Below are positions 28,512 to 40,492 of a stretch of DNA of 64,000 nucleotides, piece by piece. The position numbers and the translations under genes are program-made. The stretch comes from an uncultured Sutterella sp. Lineage in GTDB: Bacteria; Pseudomonadota; Gammaproteobacteria; Burkholderiales; Burkholderiaceae_F. Position 1 is the first letter of the stretch; each line of letters begins with the position of its first letter. Below the pieces are notes generated by a model that did no database searches, had not been told where the DNA came from, and worked only from the letters and a program-made list of their open reading frames with translations. The stretch is from contig CAJKAP010000008.1 of assembly GCA_905197905.1 (NCBI GenBank), positions 52,460 to 116,459 on the forward strand, given 5' to 3'.

Positions 28512-29198
28512 TTGATCTTCCTCTTTATCCAGACAGTTAACGAGGTTCTTTTGAGTATTTTCGATACAGCTCGTTTCGTAATTTCCGCTGCCAAACTTTA
28601 CGGTCTCCCCGAAGAAACCGTTCCTGAAATTGCTTTTGCCGGTCGTTCCAATGCAGGTAAGTCTACTTCAATTAACGTGCTGACGCGCAAAACTCGCTTA
28701 GCATTTGCCAGTAAGACTCCAGGTCGCACTCAACTCATCAATTTCTTCGGGATTTCCGCTCGTGACGAAAATCGTCAACCCTATGACGTAGGCTATTTAG
28801 TCGACTTGCCTGGTTATGGTTTCGCCAAAGCGAGCGAAGATACTCGTAAGACCTGGTCTCAGTTAGTAGGCGGTTACATCGCACAGCGCCAAACTATGAC
28901 GGGGCTAGTGATCGTGATGGACGCCCGTCGTCCTTTTATGCCTACCGATGAATGGCTCATCAACTTTATGCAAGAGCGCCCTAGCGTGCGAATGCACTGG
29001 CTGCTCAATAAAGCAGACCAACTCAAAAATAGCGAACGTCGTGCAACGCTCAACTTAGCACAACAGCGTGCTCGCGAAATTGGTCCTCATGTAACTGTGC
29101 AACTTTTCTCTGGCATGAAAAAAGAAGGCGTACCAGAGTTGCAAAAAGTTCTGCTCACGTGGCTTGGTCTTAATGCTGAGGAAAGCGACTTGCGCTAA
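28512..29198 (+). CDS. engB: Ribosome-biogenesis GTPase EngB/YihA
   Basis: The product contains GRSNAGKSTSIN, DLPGYGF and LNKADQL. The real start may be the TTG at 28551, which has a GAGG 5 nt upstream. Confidence 0.88.
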   Translation: MIFLFIQTVNEVLLSIFDTARFVISAAKLYGLPEETVPEIAFAGRSNAGKSTSINVLTRKTRLAFASKTPGRTQLINFFGISARDENRQPYDVGYLVDLPGYGFAKASEDTRKTWSQLVGGYIAQRQTMTGLVIVMDARRPFMPTDEWLINFMQERPSVRMHWLLNKADQLKNSERRATLNLAQQRAREIGPHVTVQLFSGMKKEGVPELQKVLLTWLGLNAEESDLR

Positions 29199-29266
29199 AG
29201 TAAGTCCTAGCTTATTTCGTTCGCCGACCCCGACGGACTCTGTAAAAAAACTCTAAGGAAATCTAA

Positions 29267-30283
<1,017 letters not shown>

Positions 30284-30308
30284 TTGAGGCATTCCCGCCC
30301 ATAAATAA

Positions 30309-30341
30309 CAAAGTCCTCTAGCATCACGCTAGGGGACTTTG
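30309..30341. terminator. Hairpin between convergent hemB and hslR
   Basis: CAAAGTCCTCTAGC / GCTAGGGGACTTTG forms a 14-bp stem with one G-U pair and a 5-nt loop. The flanking U-tracts are weak. Confidence 0.5.
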
Positions 30342-30347
30342 TCGTGT

Positions 30348-30749
30348 TTACCATCCTTGGTGCTTCCAATCGCGCAACTGGCGTGCATCACGCTTGGTTG
30401 GGCGACCTTTATCAATCGCTTTAGCGGGTTCAAAAACAACTTTGCGTTGCTCTGCAAGGCGTTCCCGCTTCTCCTGACTTTCATGAGTCTCACGATAAAG
30501 CTTCTGCGCTTCAGAAGCAGGACCACGCTTGCCAGAAATCGCTTCAACATACACCACAAAAACGTCTTCTCCACGTTGAATTTCAAGCTTATCACCCACT
30601 TTGACTTCTCTAGATGCTTTTAGGCGTTGTCCAGCCAGAAGCACACGTCCTAACTCAATTTGCTCTTGGGCTAGGGACCGTGTCTTAAAAAAGCGAGCTG
30701 CCCACAACCACTTATCAATACGAATACTCTCTTGCATGAATTCACTCAT
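30348..30749 (-). CDS. hslR: Ribosome-associated heat-shock protein Hsp15 (S4 domain)
   Basis: The product contains IRIDKWLWAARFFKTRSLAQEQIELGRV. Confidence 0.85.
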   Translation of the reverse strand: MSEFMQESIRIDKWLWAARFFKTRSLAQEQIELGRVLLAGQRLKASREVKVGDKLEIQRGEDVFVVYVEAISGKRGPASEAQKLYRETHESQEKRERLAEQRKVVFEPAKAIDKGRPTKRDARQLRDWKHQGW

Positions 30750-30773
30750 TCATTGAGGTCTTGGACTAGATGT

Positions 30774-30806
30774 AAAAAACCCGCTACACGATACACATGC
30801 AACGGG
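30774..30806 (-). terminator. Rho-independent terminator after rplQ (end of alpha operon)
   Basis: On the mRNA strand, CCCGTTGCA / TGTAGCGGG forms a 9-bp stem with two G-U pairs, followed by TTTTTTA. Confidence 0.6.
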
Positions 30807-30860
30807 TTTTAAAGATTGTCGTCAATATCTCTGCCAAAGCAGAGAATTGCTAAAGCTCAA

Positions 30861-31250
30861 TTAGGCTTCTTCCTTGACTTCTTCAATCTGCGTGGCCTTT
30901 TCGGTCAATTCCATGTAGGCCATCGGAGCATTGTCACCAACGCGGAAACCCATCTTCAAGATGCGGGTGTAACCACCGTTACGGTTAGCGAAACGCGGGC
31001 CAAGTTCGTTGAAGAGCTTGACAACGATTTCGCGATCGCGCAAACGATTGAAAGCCAAACGTTTGTTAGCAACCGTAGGATCCTTAGCCAAAGTGATCAT
31101 CGGTTCAACGACGCGACGAAGTTCCTTAGCCTTGGGGAGGGTGGTCTTGATAGCTTCGTGTTTGAGGAGAGAAACCATCATATTACGAAGCATAGCGAGA
31201 CGGTGAGCGCTCGTACGATTGAGCTTACGGAGACCATGACGATGACGCAT
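30861..31250 (-). CDS. rplQ: 50S ribosomal protein L17
   Basis: The product starts [17 protein letters not shown], and operon order supports the call. Confidence 0.97.
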   Translation of the reverse strand: MRHRHGLRKLNRTSAHRLAMLRNMMVSLLKHEAIKTTLPKAKELRRVVEPMITLAKDPTVANKRLAFNRLRDREIVVKLFNELGPRFANRNGGYTRILKMGFRVGDNAPMAYMELTEKATQIEEVKEEA

Positions 31251-31447
31251 GATATTCGATTCCTAAAAAAGTCTATTAATAAAACGTCCTCTATTAAGAG
31301 GCACCTTGCCTTCCCTCATTTCTTCTATCTCATCAATGTGAGCGGACGAGTGAAAGACAGAAAACAGAGCGCAATCTTAAACGACTGCGCTCATTTGTGC
31401 AACAGAGATATGTTCTCTTTTTTAGAGAACGGTTCTCTCATGCCAAA

Positions 31448-32446
31448 TTAGTTGTTGTGGTCAGATGGCGGCCAGTTTTCCAAACGGGAACCCAAGGTCA
31501 AACCGTGAGCAGCCAACACTTCCTTGATTTCGTTCAAGGACTTACGACCAAGGTTCGGCGTCTTAAGTAATTCGTTTTCAGTACGTTGGATCAAGTCACC
31601 GATGTAGTAAATGTTTTCAGCCTTCAAGCAGTTTGCAGAACGCACTGTCAATTCGAGATCGTCCACAGGACGCAAAAGAATAGGATCAAGTGGTGGAGGC
31701 GTCACTTCTTCCTCTTCAACCTTCTGCTCAACGTCGCCTTCCGGATGAATAGCACCGAACACGGCCAACTGATCCTGAAGAATACGCACCGCTTCACGCA
31801 TAGCATCTTCAGGTCCAATGGCACCGTTGGTTTCTATGATCATTTCCAACTTATCAAGGTCGGTACGCTGAGCAACACGAGCAGCCTGAACCTGATAAGC
31901 AACACGCAAAATTGGAGAGAAGGAAGCATCCATGATGATGCGACCAATCTGAGTTTTCGAGTAGTCTTCACGGAAAGCGCGAACATCACCAGGTTGGTAG
32001 CCACGACCCTTTTCAACCTTGATCTGCATTTCCAAACGACCACCAGATAGGTGAGCGATCACGTGATCTGGATTAATCAAAGTCACGTCGTGCGGAAGGG
32101 AGAAATCAGCGGCCGTCACAACTCCGTCACCTTCCTTAGAAAGGGTTACGGTGACTTCATCACGACCTTCAAGCTTGAACACTACACCCTTGAGATTCAA
32201 AAGAATGTCAACCACGTCCTCCAAGACGCCATCGATCTGGGAGTATTCATGTACCACACCAGTGATCGTGGCTTCCGTTGGAGCATAGCCGATCATGGAG
32301 CTCAAAAGAATGCGACGAAGGGCGTTGCCCAACGTGTGACCGTAGCCACGTTCAAACGGTTCGAGCGTAATAACGGCACGGTTCGGGTTGTTTTCAGCGA
32401 CTTCCACTTCAATGGAGGTCGGTTTCAATAACGAAGTATTCGCCAT
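31448..32446 (-). CDS. rpoA: DNA-directed RNA polymerase subunit alpha
   Basis: The 332-aa product contains [23 protein letters not shown] and a C-terminal domain with [12 protein letters not shown]. Confidence 0.97.
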   Translation of the reverse strand: MANTSLLKPTSIEVEVAENNPNRAVITLEPFERGYGHTLGNALRRILLSSMIGYAPTEATITGVVHEYSQIDGVLEDVVDILLNLKGVVFKLEGRDEVTVTLSKEGDGVVTAADFSLPHDVTLINPDHVIAHLSGGRLEMQIKVEKGRGYQPGDVRAFREDYSKTQIGRIIMDASFSPILRVAYQVQAARVAQRTDLDKLEMIIETNGAIGPEDAMREAVRILQDQLAVFGAIHPEGDVEQKVEEEEVTPPPLDPILLRPVDDLELTVRSANCLKAENIYYIGDLIQRTENELLKTPNLGRKSLNEIKEVLAAHGLTLGSRLENWPPSDHNN

Positions 32447-32748
32447 GTTGTTTATCCTAGGTCAACTCTCCCAACGCGTTAAGTTAGGGAAAGAGCTGCT
32501 TGTCGAATGGAAAAGTGTCTGATCAAGAGGCTAAAAGAAGAGCCCTAGAGAGAGGATCTCCTCAAAATTCTTATCAAACGTGAATGAAACTTATCAGCAG
32601 TGATAAGTCCACGGAAACACTAGAAATTTCTCTAGCGCTTCAGTGGAATTATCGCCGAAAAAGTATTCGATTGAAAAGCGAGGTAAGGATATTTTCCCCG
32701 AGTCTCTTTTCGCGATTTAGTGCCTTGAAAATCTTGCCTTCAGTAAAG

Positions 32749-32788
32749 ATGGTGTGGCGTGAACTACATTGAGCCCACGCCACACCAT
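32749..32788 (-). other. Perfect 13-bp stem hairpin in the rpsD-rpoA spacer
   Basis: ATGGTGTGGCGTG / CACGCCACACCAT forms the stem, with a 14-nt loop. No clear U-tract follows. Confidence 0.5.
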
Positions 32789-32854
32789 GAATTCCTGCCG
32801 AAGTTCGTGGAAGCCCAGGCGCACTACATCTACGCTTCCACCTATAAACATCGA

Positions 32855-33484
32855 TTAACGAGAATAACGTTCGATGATGAGGGCGTCGTTAATTTCGTAA
32901 GCCACTTCATCACGAGCAGGCACGTTCTTGAACGTACCTTCGAACTTCTTCACGTCGACTTCTACCCAAGCAGGGATACTGCCGTTCGTTGTAGCGAGTT
33001 CAAGCGCTTCAGCGATACGAGCCTGCTTCTGAGCCTTTTCACGGATGGAAATGACATCACCAGCGCGAACGCTATAGGAGGGGATGTTCACCTTCTTGCC
33101 GTTGACGAGGATAGCGCCATGCGAAACGAGCTGACGAGCTTCAGCACGGGTGCTACCAAAACCCATACGGTAGACAACATTGTCGAGACGGCTTTCAAGA
33201 AGCCCCAAAAGATTGTCACCAGTATTACCAGTACGACGTTCAGCTTCCTTGAAATAACGACGGAACTGACGTTCGAGCACACCGTACAGACGCTTTGCCT
33301 TCTGCGCTTCGCGCATCTGGGCGCCAAAGTCGGACATGCGGGCGCCGGAAACTTTACCGTGCTGGCCCGGTTTAGAACCGACGTCCTTGACTTTGGATTC
33401 AAACGAACGGCGGGCGCTCTTTAAATTAAGATCAATGCCTTCGCGACGCGAGAGCTTGAGCTTAGGACCGAGATAACGTGCCAT
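32855..33484 (-). CDS. rpsD: 30S ribosomal protein S4
   Basis: The product starts [16 protein letters not shown]. Confidence 0.97.
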   Translation of the reverse strand: MARYLGPKLKLSRREGIDLNLKSARRSFESKVKDVGSKPGQHGKVSGARMSDFGAQMREAQKAKRLYGVLERQFRRYFKEAERRTGNTGDNLLGLLESRLDNVVYRMGFGSTRAEARQLVSHGAILVNGKKVNIPSYSVRAGDVISIREKAQKQARIAEALELATTNGSIPAWVEVDVKKFEGTFKNVPARDEVAYEINDALIIERYSR

Positions 33485-33585
33485 TTAAAAATGCCTCTCT
33501 TATCCTGTAGGTATCCCTACATTAAGTCCTTCTGCCTCAGTATTGCAGAGGGACACGGGATTCAACAGAAAAAATTGTTTAAATA

Positions 33586-33993
33586 TTAGACGCGACGACG
33601 CTTGGAAGGACGAACCCCATTGTGCGGGATCGGCGTCACATCCTGGATGGACGTCACACGAATGCCAAGGGCGTTCAGAGCGCGAACAGAAGATTCGCGG
33701 CCAGGACCTGGCCCCCAAATACGCACTTCGACATTCTTCATGCCGTATTCAAGAGCGACCTTACCAGCCACGTCAGCGGCCACCTGAGCAGCAAACGGGG
33801 TGGACTTACGGGAACCCTTGAAACCCTGAGCGCCAGAGGAGGACGCAGCAATAGCGTTACCCTGACGGTCAGTGATGGTGATAATAGTGTTGTTAAAGGA
33901 AGCGTGAACGTGAGCAATGCCTTCCGTCACGACCTTCTTGACTTTCTTACGAGCACGCTGCCCAGCAGCCTGCTTGTTATTATTGCCAGCCAT
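33586..33993 (-). CDS. rpsK: 30S ribosomal protein S11
   Basis: The product contains [18 protein letters not shown]. Confidence 0.97.
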   Translation of the reverse strand: MAGNNNKQAAGQRARKKVKKVVTEGIAHVHASFNNTIITITDRQGNAIAASSSGAQGFKGSRKSTPFAAQVAADVAGKVALEYGMKNVEVRIWGPGPGRESSVRALNALGIRVTSIQDVTPIPHNGVRPSKRRRV

Positions 33994-34005
33994 ACTTATC
34001 CTTCA

Positions 34006-34371
34006 TTACTTTTTGAGCGTCACACCGACCTTACGTGGGCCTTTACGGGTGCGAGCATTCGTACGGGTGCGCTGACCGCGGCAGGGCAAGCCCTTGCGGT
34101 GACGCATACCACGATAGGTACCGAGGTCGATCAAACGCTTGATCGACAATTGGATTTCACGACGGAGGTCGCCTTCAACAGTGATCTTAGAAATCTGATC
34201 ACGGATGAGTTCGAGCTCAGCGTCGGTCAAGTCCTTGACCTTTTTGGAAAAATCAATGCCACAACTCGTGAGGATTTCACGAGAACGGGAGCGGCCGATG
34301 CCATAGATGGCAGTCAAACCGATCTCAGCATGTTGCTGTGGCGGAATATTAATACCGGCGATACGAGCCAT
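34006..34371 (-). CDS. rpsM: 30S ribosomal protein S13
   Basis: The product starts [10 protein letters not shown]. Confidence 0.97.
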   Translation of the reverse strand: MARIAGINIPPQQHAEIGLTAIYGIGRSRSREILTSCGIDFSKKVKDLTDAELELIRDQISKITVEGDLRREIQLSIKRLIDLGTYRGMRHRKGLPCRGQRTRTNARTRKGPRKVGVTLKK

Positions 34372-34382
34372 TTTGTACCTCT

Positions 34383-34496
34383 TTAGCCTTGGCGCTGTTT
34401 ATGGCGCGGATCTTCGCAGATCACACGAACAACGCCATTACGCTTAATGATTTTGCACTTGCGGCACATCTTTTTGACCGAAGCGTTAACCTTCAT
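34383..34496 (-). CDS. rpmJ: 50S ribosomal protein L36 (37 aa, not in the ORF track)
   Basis: I translated it by hand as [48 protein letters not shown] lies upstream of the ATG. Confidence 0.9.
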   Translation of the reverse strand: MKVNASVKKMCRKCKIIKRNGVVRVICEDPRHKQRQG

Positions 34497-34756
34497 TCTC
34501 TTCTCCACGTGCAATACAGCACGGATAACAATGCACAACGGCAGGAAACGTCGAGCATACTACAACTGACTAATATATGCAAGTGAAAAAGTGGGTGTAG
34601 TGCACTCTTTTTCTCTCAACATACAAGAGACGAAACGAGAGAGTGAAACTTATAGAAATTCCACTCTCCGTTCGCCCCCGTCATTTATCCCTTCCTTAAT
34701 AAAGCAAGGCAACAAAAACGGCGCTGTAGAGTTTGTAGTCTCTGACAACTAATTGC

Positions 34757-36088
34757 TTAGTGCTTTGACTGACCAATGCCACGGAAGCTAGTCTTCCGGA
34801 GCAAACTTTCATACTGATGCGACATCATGTAAGCCTGAACCTGAGTCATGAAGTCCATCGTCACAACGACCACAATCAACAATGACGTACCGCCAAAGTA
34901 GAAGGGGACGTTAAAGCGAAGATTCAAGAACTCTGGCACCAAGCAGACAAAGACCAGATAGATCGCACCGCCGAGCGTCAAGCGAACCAACACACGGTCA
35001 ATGTAGCGAGCCGTCTGTTCTCCTGGACGGATACCAGGGATAAACGCACCACCTTTTTTCAGGTTCTCTGCTGTTTCTTTCGGGTTGAAAACCAACGCCG
35101 TGTAGAAGTAAGCAAAGAAAATAATGAGCACTGCGTACAACAATGTGTACAGAGGCTGGCCTGGCGAAAGAGCCGCTGCCAAATCTCGGATCCAACGTGT
35201 CGAGTCACCAGAGGTGAACCAACCAGCCAAAGTAGCTGGGAAGAGGATCAAAGAAGATGCAAAGATCGGCGGGATAACGCCAGACATATTCATCTTCAAT
35301 GGCAGATAAGAGCTCTGACCGCCAAAGATTTTGTTGCCTACCTGACGTTTAGCATAGTTCACCGTAATACGGCGCTGACCACGTTCCACGAAAACAACAA
35401 AAGCAGTAACGGCAAGAATAATCGCAATCACAAAAATCGCGGCAAGGGGGCTAATCGCGCCTGTGGAAACTAACTGGAAGAGTCCAGAAGCACCATTGGG
35501 CAAGCCGGCCACAATGCCAGAGAAGATGATGATTGAGATGCCATTGCCTAAACCTCGCTCGGTGATCTGCTCACCAAGCCACATCAGGAACATCGTACCG
35601 GTCAACAGCGAAATCGTCGTGGTCAAATGGAACATATAGCCCGGATTGATCACTAAGTTCGGCTGCGTCTCGAGTGCTACAGCAATGCCGAGCCCCTGGA
35701 AGAGACCCAATGCCAACGTGCCATAGCGCGTGTACTGGGTAATCTTTCGACGACCGGATTCGCCTTCCTTACGCAAGGCTTCAAGCGACGGTAATACGTA
35801 GGACAACATCTGCATAATAATCGATGCAGAAATGTACGGCATAATACCGAGCGCAAACACCGAGAAGCGCGATAACGCGCCACCGGAGAACATGTTGAAC
35901 AGCCCGAGAATGCCCCCCTGCTGCTCATTAAAGAGCTGCTTGAGCATGTCGGGATCGATACCTGGCACCGGCACATGAGCACCGATGCGGTAAACAACTA
36001 ACGCGAGCGCTAAGAAGATCAGGCGACCTTTGAGGTCGCCATACTTACTGAGGCCCGACTGTTGCTTAGAGCTAGGGCTGGTCGCCAC
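34757..36088 (-). CDS. secY: Preprotein translocase subunit SecY
   Basis: The 443-aa multi-TM product contains [13 protein letters not shown]. The GTG start has an AGAGGA upstream. Confidence 0.96.
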   Translation of the reverse strand: MATSPSSKQQSGLSKYGDLKGRLIFLALALVVYRIGAHVPVPGIDPDMLKQLFNEQQGGILGLFNMFSGGALSRFSVFALGIMPYISASIIMQMLSYVLPSLEALRKEGESGRRKITQYTRYGTLALGLFQGLGIAVALETQPNLVINPGYMFHLTTTISLLTGTMFLMWLGEQITERGLGNGISIIIFSGIVAGLPNGASGLFQLVSTGAISPLAAIFVIAIILAVTAFVVFVERGQRRITVNYAKRQVGNKIFGGQSSYLPLKMNMSGVIPPIFASSLILFPATLAGWFTSGDSTRWIRDLAAALSPGQPLYTLLYAVLIIFFAYFYTALVFNPKETAENLKKGGAFIPGIRPGEQTARYIDRVLVRLTLGGAIYLVFVCLVPEFLNLRFNVPFYFGGTSLLIVVVVTMDFMTQVQAYMMSHQYESLLRKTSFRGIGQSKH

Positions 36089-36114
36089 GTCGGTGTCCTC
36101 TTTGGTTAAAAGTC

Positions 36115-36555
36115 TTATTCGTTGTCAACCACAGAGCCACCGGCTGCTTCGATAGCAGCGCGGGCACCCTTGGTGACCCCAAGACCGCGCACGGTCACCT
36201 TACGGGTCAAAGAACCCGAAAGGATCACGCGAGCATTCTGAGCGAGGATAGAAACCACATTAGCAGCCTTCAAGGTGCCTAAATCGATTTCATCAACGCC
36301 CAAACGTTCCAAATCAGACAAACGGACCACTTCAGTGAACTTGCGGGTCAAAGAAGCGAAACCGCGCTTCGGAAGGCGACGATACATCGGCATCTGGCCA
36401 CCTTCGAAACCAACCTTGTGGAAGCCACCAGCACGGGACTTCTGACCTTTGTGGCCACGGCCGGCTGTTTTGCCCCAGCCGCTACCAACACCACGGCCAA
36501 CGCGGTGGGCGACGTGCTTAGAACCCTCAGCGGGCTTAATCGTATTTAAACGCAT
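36115..36555 (-). CDS. rplO: 50S ribosomal protein L15
   Basis: The product starts [14 protein letters not shown] and contains [13 protein letters not shown]. Confidence 0.97.
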   Translation of the reverse strand: MRLNTIKPAEGSKHVAHRVGRGVGSGWGKTAGRGHKGQKSRAGGFHKVGFEGGQMPMYRRLPKRGFASLTRKFTEVVRLSDLERLGVDEIDLGTLKAANVVSILAQNARVILSGSLTRKVTVRGLGVTKGARAAIEAAGGSVVDNE

Positions 36556-36571
36556 TTCGTTAACCTCTCGA

Positions 36572-36754
36572 TCATTCGGCGCGCACTAAGTACGCAACCT
36601 TGTTGATCATGCCACGGACGGCAGGCGTGTCTTCGAGAACGCTGACGGAGTTGAGTTTACGCAAACCCAAACCACGCAACGTAGCACGATGATCAGCCTT
36701 GGTACCGATCGGGCTCTTAACAAGAGTAACCTTAACGGTCTTCTTTTCGGACAT
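36572..36754 (-). CDS. rpmD: 50S ribosomal protein L30
   Basis: The 60-aa product contains [11 protein letters not shown]...TLRGLGLRK. Confidence 0.95.
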   Translation of the reverse strand: MSEKKTVKVTLVKSPIGTKADHRATLRGLGLRKLNSVSVLEDTPAVRGMINKVAYLVRAE

Positions 36755-36769
36755 GTCTTGGTCTCCTGA

Positions 36770-37291
36770 TTAGCCGAGCAACTCTTCCACAGACTTACCA
36801 CGCTTGGCTGCAATGTCAGCCGGGCTGTGCAAGTTGGAAAGAGCATTCAGAGTTGCACGAACCAAGTTGTAGGGGTTCGTAGAACCATAGGCCTTAGCCA
36901 CGACGTTACGAATACCAACGGCATCGCACACCGCGCGCATCGGACCACCAGCGATCACACCAGTACCTTCAGAGGCAGGCATCATGATCACGCGGGAAGC
37001 GCCATGACGACCTTCAACAGCGTGATAAAGCGTGCCATTCTTCAAAGGAACACGAATCATGGAGTGGCGAGCGCGATCCATAGCCTTGGACACAGACTGC
37101 GGCACTTCACGAGACTTACCAGTACCCATGCCGATACGGCCATCGCCGTCGCCAACAACGGTAAGAGCAGCAAACGCGAGAATGCGACCACCCTTAACAA
37201 CCTTAGTGACGCGGTTAACCGCGATCATTTTTTCACGCAGACCGTCGCCCTGTTCGTCGACTGCCTGGTTTTTTGCTTGAACCTTAGCCAT
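36770..37291 (-). CDS. rpsE: 30S ribosomal protein S5
   Basis: The product contains [25 protein letters not shown]. Confidence 0.97.
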   Translation of the reverse strand: MAKVQAKNQAVDEQGDGLREKMIAVNRVTKVVKGGRILAFAALTVVGDGDGRIGMGTGKSREVPQSVSKAMDRARHSMIRVPLKNGTLYHAVEGRHGASRVIMMPASEGTGVIAGGPMRAVCDAVGIRNVVAKAYGSTNPYNLVRATLNALSNLHSPADIAAKRGKSVEELLG

Positions 37292-37302
37292 TTCGCCCTG
37301 CC

Positions 37303-37659
37303 TTAGAACTTGAGACCGGCTTCACGCGCAGCTTCAGCCAGCGCGGCAACACGGCCATGGTAACGGTAGCCGGAACGGTCGAAAGCGCAGGATTCAATAC
37401 CAGCGGCCTTCGCCTTTTCAGCCAAACGAGCCCCAACGATCTTGGCAGCAGCAACGTTGCCACCATTCGAGAGCTGGGCACGAACTTCGGGTTCGACCGT
37501 AGAGGCCGAGACCAGCGTACGACCGTTGTCGGCCGAGATGATGCTGGCGTAGATGTGCAGATTGGTACGATGAACCGTCAGGCGATCGACCTGCTGCAAC
37601 AGAATGCGAGCGCGCGTAGCACGAGCACGGCGCAAGCGGCTTTGTTTCTTGTTGATCAT
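37303..37659 (-). CDS. rplR: 50S ribosomal protein L18
   Basis: The product contains [12 protein letters not shown]...[12 protein letters not shown]. Confidence 0.97.
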   Translation of the reverse strand: MINKKQSRLRRARATRARILLQQVDRLTVHRTNLHIYASIISADNGRTLVSASTVEPEVRAQLSNGGNVAAAKIVGARLAEKAKAAGIESCAFDRSGYRYHGRVAALAEAAREAGLKF

Positions 37660-37674
37660 TTTTTATCGCCCCGA

Positions 37675-38208
37675 TTACTTCTTCTTCGTTTCTTTAATCA
37701 CAACGACTTCATCGGCATAACGCACGCCTTTTCCCTTGTAAGGTTCAGGCTTACGGTAGGCACGGATAACAGCAGCAGTCTGACCGACTTCCTGCTTGTT
37801 CGCACCCTTAATGACGATATCTGTCTGGGTCGGCGTTTCGCACTTTACACCCTTAGGCATCTTGTGGACAACCGGGTGGGAGAAACCCAACGAAAGGTTC
37901 AACGTGTCGCCCTGGGCCTGAGCACGGAAACCCACGCCAACAAGGCGGAGCTTCTTTTCAAAACCAACGGAGCAACCTTTAACCATATCAGCAACGAGAG
38001 CACGCATCGTACCAACGTTAGCGTTGGCTTCGCGGCTATCATTGAGCTGTTCGAAGTGGAGTGCATCACCTTCTTCCTTGATAGCAACAAAAGGAAGAAT
38101 GTGCATGGACACTTCACCAATCGGGCCCTTCACAGTGATGTTTTCAGCGGTAAGCGTGTAGCTAACGCCCTTAACCACGTGAACGGGAATCTTAGCAATT
38201 CGACTCAT
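37675..38208 (-). CDS. rplF: 50S ribosomal protein L6
   Basis: The product starts MSRIAKIPV at the ATG at 38208, with a GGAG upstream. The longer track ORF would overlap rpsH. Confidence 0.96.
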   Translation of the reverse strand: MSRIAKIPVHVVKGVSYTLTAENITVKGPIGEVSMHILPFVAIKEEGDALHFEQLNDSREANANVGTMRALVADMVKGCSVGFEKKLRLVGVGFRAQAQGDTLNLSLGFSHPVVHKMPKGVKCETPTQTDIVIKGANKQEVGQTAAVIRAYRKPEPYKGKGVRYADEVVVIKETKKK

Positions 38209-38222
38209 TTCACACTCCTGGA

Positions 38223-38618
38223 TTAAGCGACGTAGCAAAGAACTTCACCACCGATACCAGCGGCACGAGCGGCACGGTCAGTCATCACACCACGCGGGGT
38301 GGACACGATGGCAATACCGAGACCATTCATAACCTGCGGAATGGAACCGTGGTTCTTGTAAATACGGAGGCCAGGACGGGAAACGCGTTCGATGCGTTCA
38401 ATCACAGGACGGCCAGCATAATACTTCAAACCAATGTGAAGTTCAGGTTTACCTTCATTGGCATCAACGGAATAACCGTCGATGTACCCTTCATCCTTAA
38501 GAACCTTGGCAATAGCCACCTTCAACTTGGAAGACGGCATGACAACTTCGGCCTTATCGACGATCTGACCGTTACGGATACGGGTCAGCATGTCGGCGAT
38601 CGGATCACTCATACTCAT
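38223..38618 (-). CDS. rpsH: 30S ribosomal protein S8
   Basis: The product contains [17 protein letters not shown]. Confidence 0.97.
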   Translation of the reverse strand: MSMSDPIADMLTRIRNGQIVDKAEVVMPSSKLKVAIAKVLKDEGYIDGYSVDANEGKPELHIGLKYYAGRPVIERIERVSRPGLRIYKNHGSIPQVMNGLGIAIVSTPRGVMTDRAARAAGIGGEVLCYVA

Positions 38619-38635
38619 TGTCGTAATCTCCTCGC

Positions 38636-38941
38636 TTACCAGCTAGCCTTGACAAGGCCAGGAATGTCACCGCGCATGGCGGCATCACGAATCATGCCAC
38701 GGCACAAACCGAACTTGCGGAACGTGCCACGGGGACGGCCGGTGATAGCACAACGGTTACGTTGGCGAACCGGGCTCGCATCACGCGGAAGAGCCTGCAA
38801 TTTAGCACGGGCTTCCAATCGTTCTTCCATCGAGCGGGTAGCGTCGTTAATAATTTCCTTGAGGGCGGCGCGTTTGGCCGCGTACTTTGCAACCGTAGCA
38901 GCGCGCTTGGCTTCACGGTTAATCAATGCAAGTTTTGCCAT
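38636..38941 (-). CDS. rpsN: 30S ribosomal protein S14
   Basis: The 101-aa product ends in GLVKASW and contains [11 protein letters not shown]. Confidence 0.97.
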   Translation of the reverse strand: MAKLALINREAKRAATVAKYAAKRAALKEIINDATRSMEERLEARAKLQALPRDASPVRQRNRCAITGRPRGTFRKFGLCRGMIRDAAMRGDIPGLVKASW

Positions 38942-38953
38942 TTTGCGTCATCC

Positions 38954-39493
38954 TCAGTTACGGAACGGGAAGTGGAAACCAGCCAAAAGCGCTTTAGCTT
39001 CAGCGTCGGTCTTCGCCGTCGTAGTAATAGAAATATTCATCCCGCGAATCGCGTCGATCTTGTCGTATTCAATTTCCGGGAAGATGATCTGTTCTTTCAA
39101 ACCGATGTTGTAGTTGCCACGACCGTCGAAAGCACGACCAGACACACCACGGAAGTCACGAACACGGGGGAAAGCCACCGTCACGAGACGATCGAGGAAG
39201 TCATACATGCGTTCGCCGCGAAGCGTCACCATACAACCGATGGGCATGTTTTCACGGATCTTAAAGTTAGCAATAGCCTTACGAGTGTGGGTAACCACTG
39301 GCTTCTGGCCAGCAATCTTGGTCATGTCGGCCAAAGCGTTATCCACCAACTTCTTATCATTAACGGCCTCACCGACACCCATGTTCAACGTGATCTTGGT
39401 GATACGTGGAACTTGCATCGTCGTCTTGTAGCCGAACTGCTTCATCAGTTCGGGGACAATGGTGTCGTGATACATAGAACTAAAACGAGACAT
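38954..39493 (-). CDS. rplE: 50S ribosomal protein L5
   Basis: The product contains [17 protein letters not shown] chose the ATG at 39493. The track start at 39499 is a GTG. Confidence 0.96.
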   Translation of the reverse strand: MSRFSSMYHDTIVPELMKQFGYKTTMQVPRITKITLNMGVGEAVNDKKLVDNALADMTKIAGQKPVVTHTRKAIANFKIRENMPIGCMVTLRGERMYDFLDRLVTVAFPRVRDFRGVSGRAFDGRGNYNIGLKEQIIFPEIEYDKIDAIRGMNISITTTAKTDAEAKALLAGFHFPFRN

Positions 39494-39504
39494 TGTCACC
39501 CTCT

Positions 39505-39825
39505 TTAGGCTTTAGCGCCAACCACGGCGCCGTTGCTCTTAAATACACGAACCTTCTTACCGTCGACATCTTTGAAGGCAACGCGATCGCCCTTGCCAGT
39601 GGCAGGATTGACCAACATCAAGTTGGACTGATCGATCGGTTTGGTCTTGTCAACGATCCCACCAGTAATCCCAAGCTGGGGATTCGGTCGGGTGTGCTTC
39701 TTGACCACATTCACGCCTTCAACAACCACATGGCGGTCATCGACGCGGGAGAGGACGGTGCCCTTGGTGCCTTTATCACGGCCGGCAATGACGATAACTT
39801 CGTCACCCTTACGGATACGCTGCAT
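39505..39825 (-). CDS. rplX: 50S ribosomal protein L24
   Basis: The product starts [19 protein letters not shown]. Confidence 0.97.
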   Translation of the reverse strand: MQRIRKGDEVIVIAGRDKGTKGTVLSRVDDRHVVVEGVNVVKKHTRPNPQLGITGGIVDKTKPIDQSNLMLVNPATGKGDRVAFKDVDGKKVRVFKSNGAVVGAKA

Positions 39826-39838
39826 CGCTTCTCCTTTA

Positions 39839-40207
39839 TTAAAGAACTTCAGGGGCCAAGGACACGATCTTCATGAACTGTTCGGTACGCAATTCGCGCG
39901 TAACCGGCCCGAAGATACGGGTGCCAATTGGCTCCAATTTGCTATTGAGAAGAACGGCTGCATTGCCATCAAAATTGATGGAGGAGCCGTCCGGACGACG
40001 AACACCATGAGCCGTACGAACGACCACAGCGTTATAAACTTCGCCCTTCTTAACACGGCCACGCGGGGCCGCTTCTTTGACAGTCACCTTGATGACGTCA
40101 CCGATGTTGGCATAACGGCGCTTAGAGCCGCCCAACACCTTGATACACATCACTGAACGAGCACCGGTGTTATCGGCGACGTCCAGTCGGCTTTGCATCT
40201 GAATCAT
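39839..40207 (-). CDS. rplN: 50S ribosomal protein L14
   Basis: The product starts [16 protein letters not shown]. Confidence 0.97.
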   Translation of the reverse strand: MIQMQSRLDVADNTGARSVMCIKVLGGSKRRYANIGDVIKVTVKEAAPRGRVKKGEVYNAVVVRTAHGVRRPDGSSINFDGNAAVLLNSKLEPIGTRIFGPVTRELRTEQFMKIVSLAPEVL

Positions 40208-40381
40208 GGTTTATAAATCCCAACTTATTCCACTATAGCGGATAGTATTGGTCCCGTTATCGGGAGGAAGAATAGCTAATGCCCGTCTCGGAAGCCCTGT
40301 AGTACACAGGGAGAGGCGGATCTCAACTATCCCGAGAAATTATCGCCCGGCATACCGCTAGGAGGTATCCCGGGCGATAGA
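40208..40381 (-). promoter_or_regulatory. Candidate structured 5' leader of the spc operon (upstream of rplN)
   Basis: The roughly 175 nt between the predicted promoter and the rplN ATG hold two long helices. One spans 40341-40379 (TATCGCCCGG-G-ATACC / GGTAT-G-CCGGGCGATA). The other is nested at 40286-40337 (TCTCGG...CCCTGT/ACAGGG...CCGAGA). Confidence 0.35.
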
Positions 40382-40387
40382 CTACGC

Positions 40388-40416
40388 ACTATAAACGAAT
40401 CGTTTATGTCATGCAA
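40388..40416 (-). promoter_or_regulatory. Sigma70-type promoter for the spc operon (TTGCAT-17 bp-TATAGT)
   Basis: On the minus strand the -35 hexamer is at 40411-40416 and the -10 hexamer at 40388-40393, with an exact 17-bp spacer. An A/T-rich tract lies upstream. Confidence 0.6.
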
Positions 40417-40454
40417 GTCGAATTTAGCTATTTTTTTGTTTTTCGGAAAAATCT

Positions 40455-40492
40455 CCAAAAAACACATCCCCCAGAGTTTCCTCTGAGGGATG
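40455..40492 (-). terminator. Rho-independent terminator after rpsQ (end of S10 operon)
   Basis: On the mRNA strand, CATCCCTCAGAG-GAAA-CTCTGGGGGATG forms a 12-bp stem with one G-U pair, followed by TGTTTTTTGG. Confidence 0.7.
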
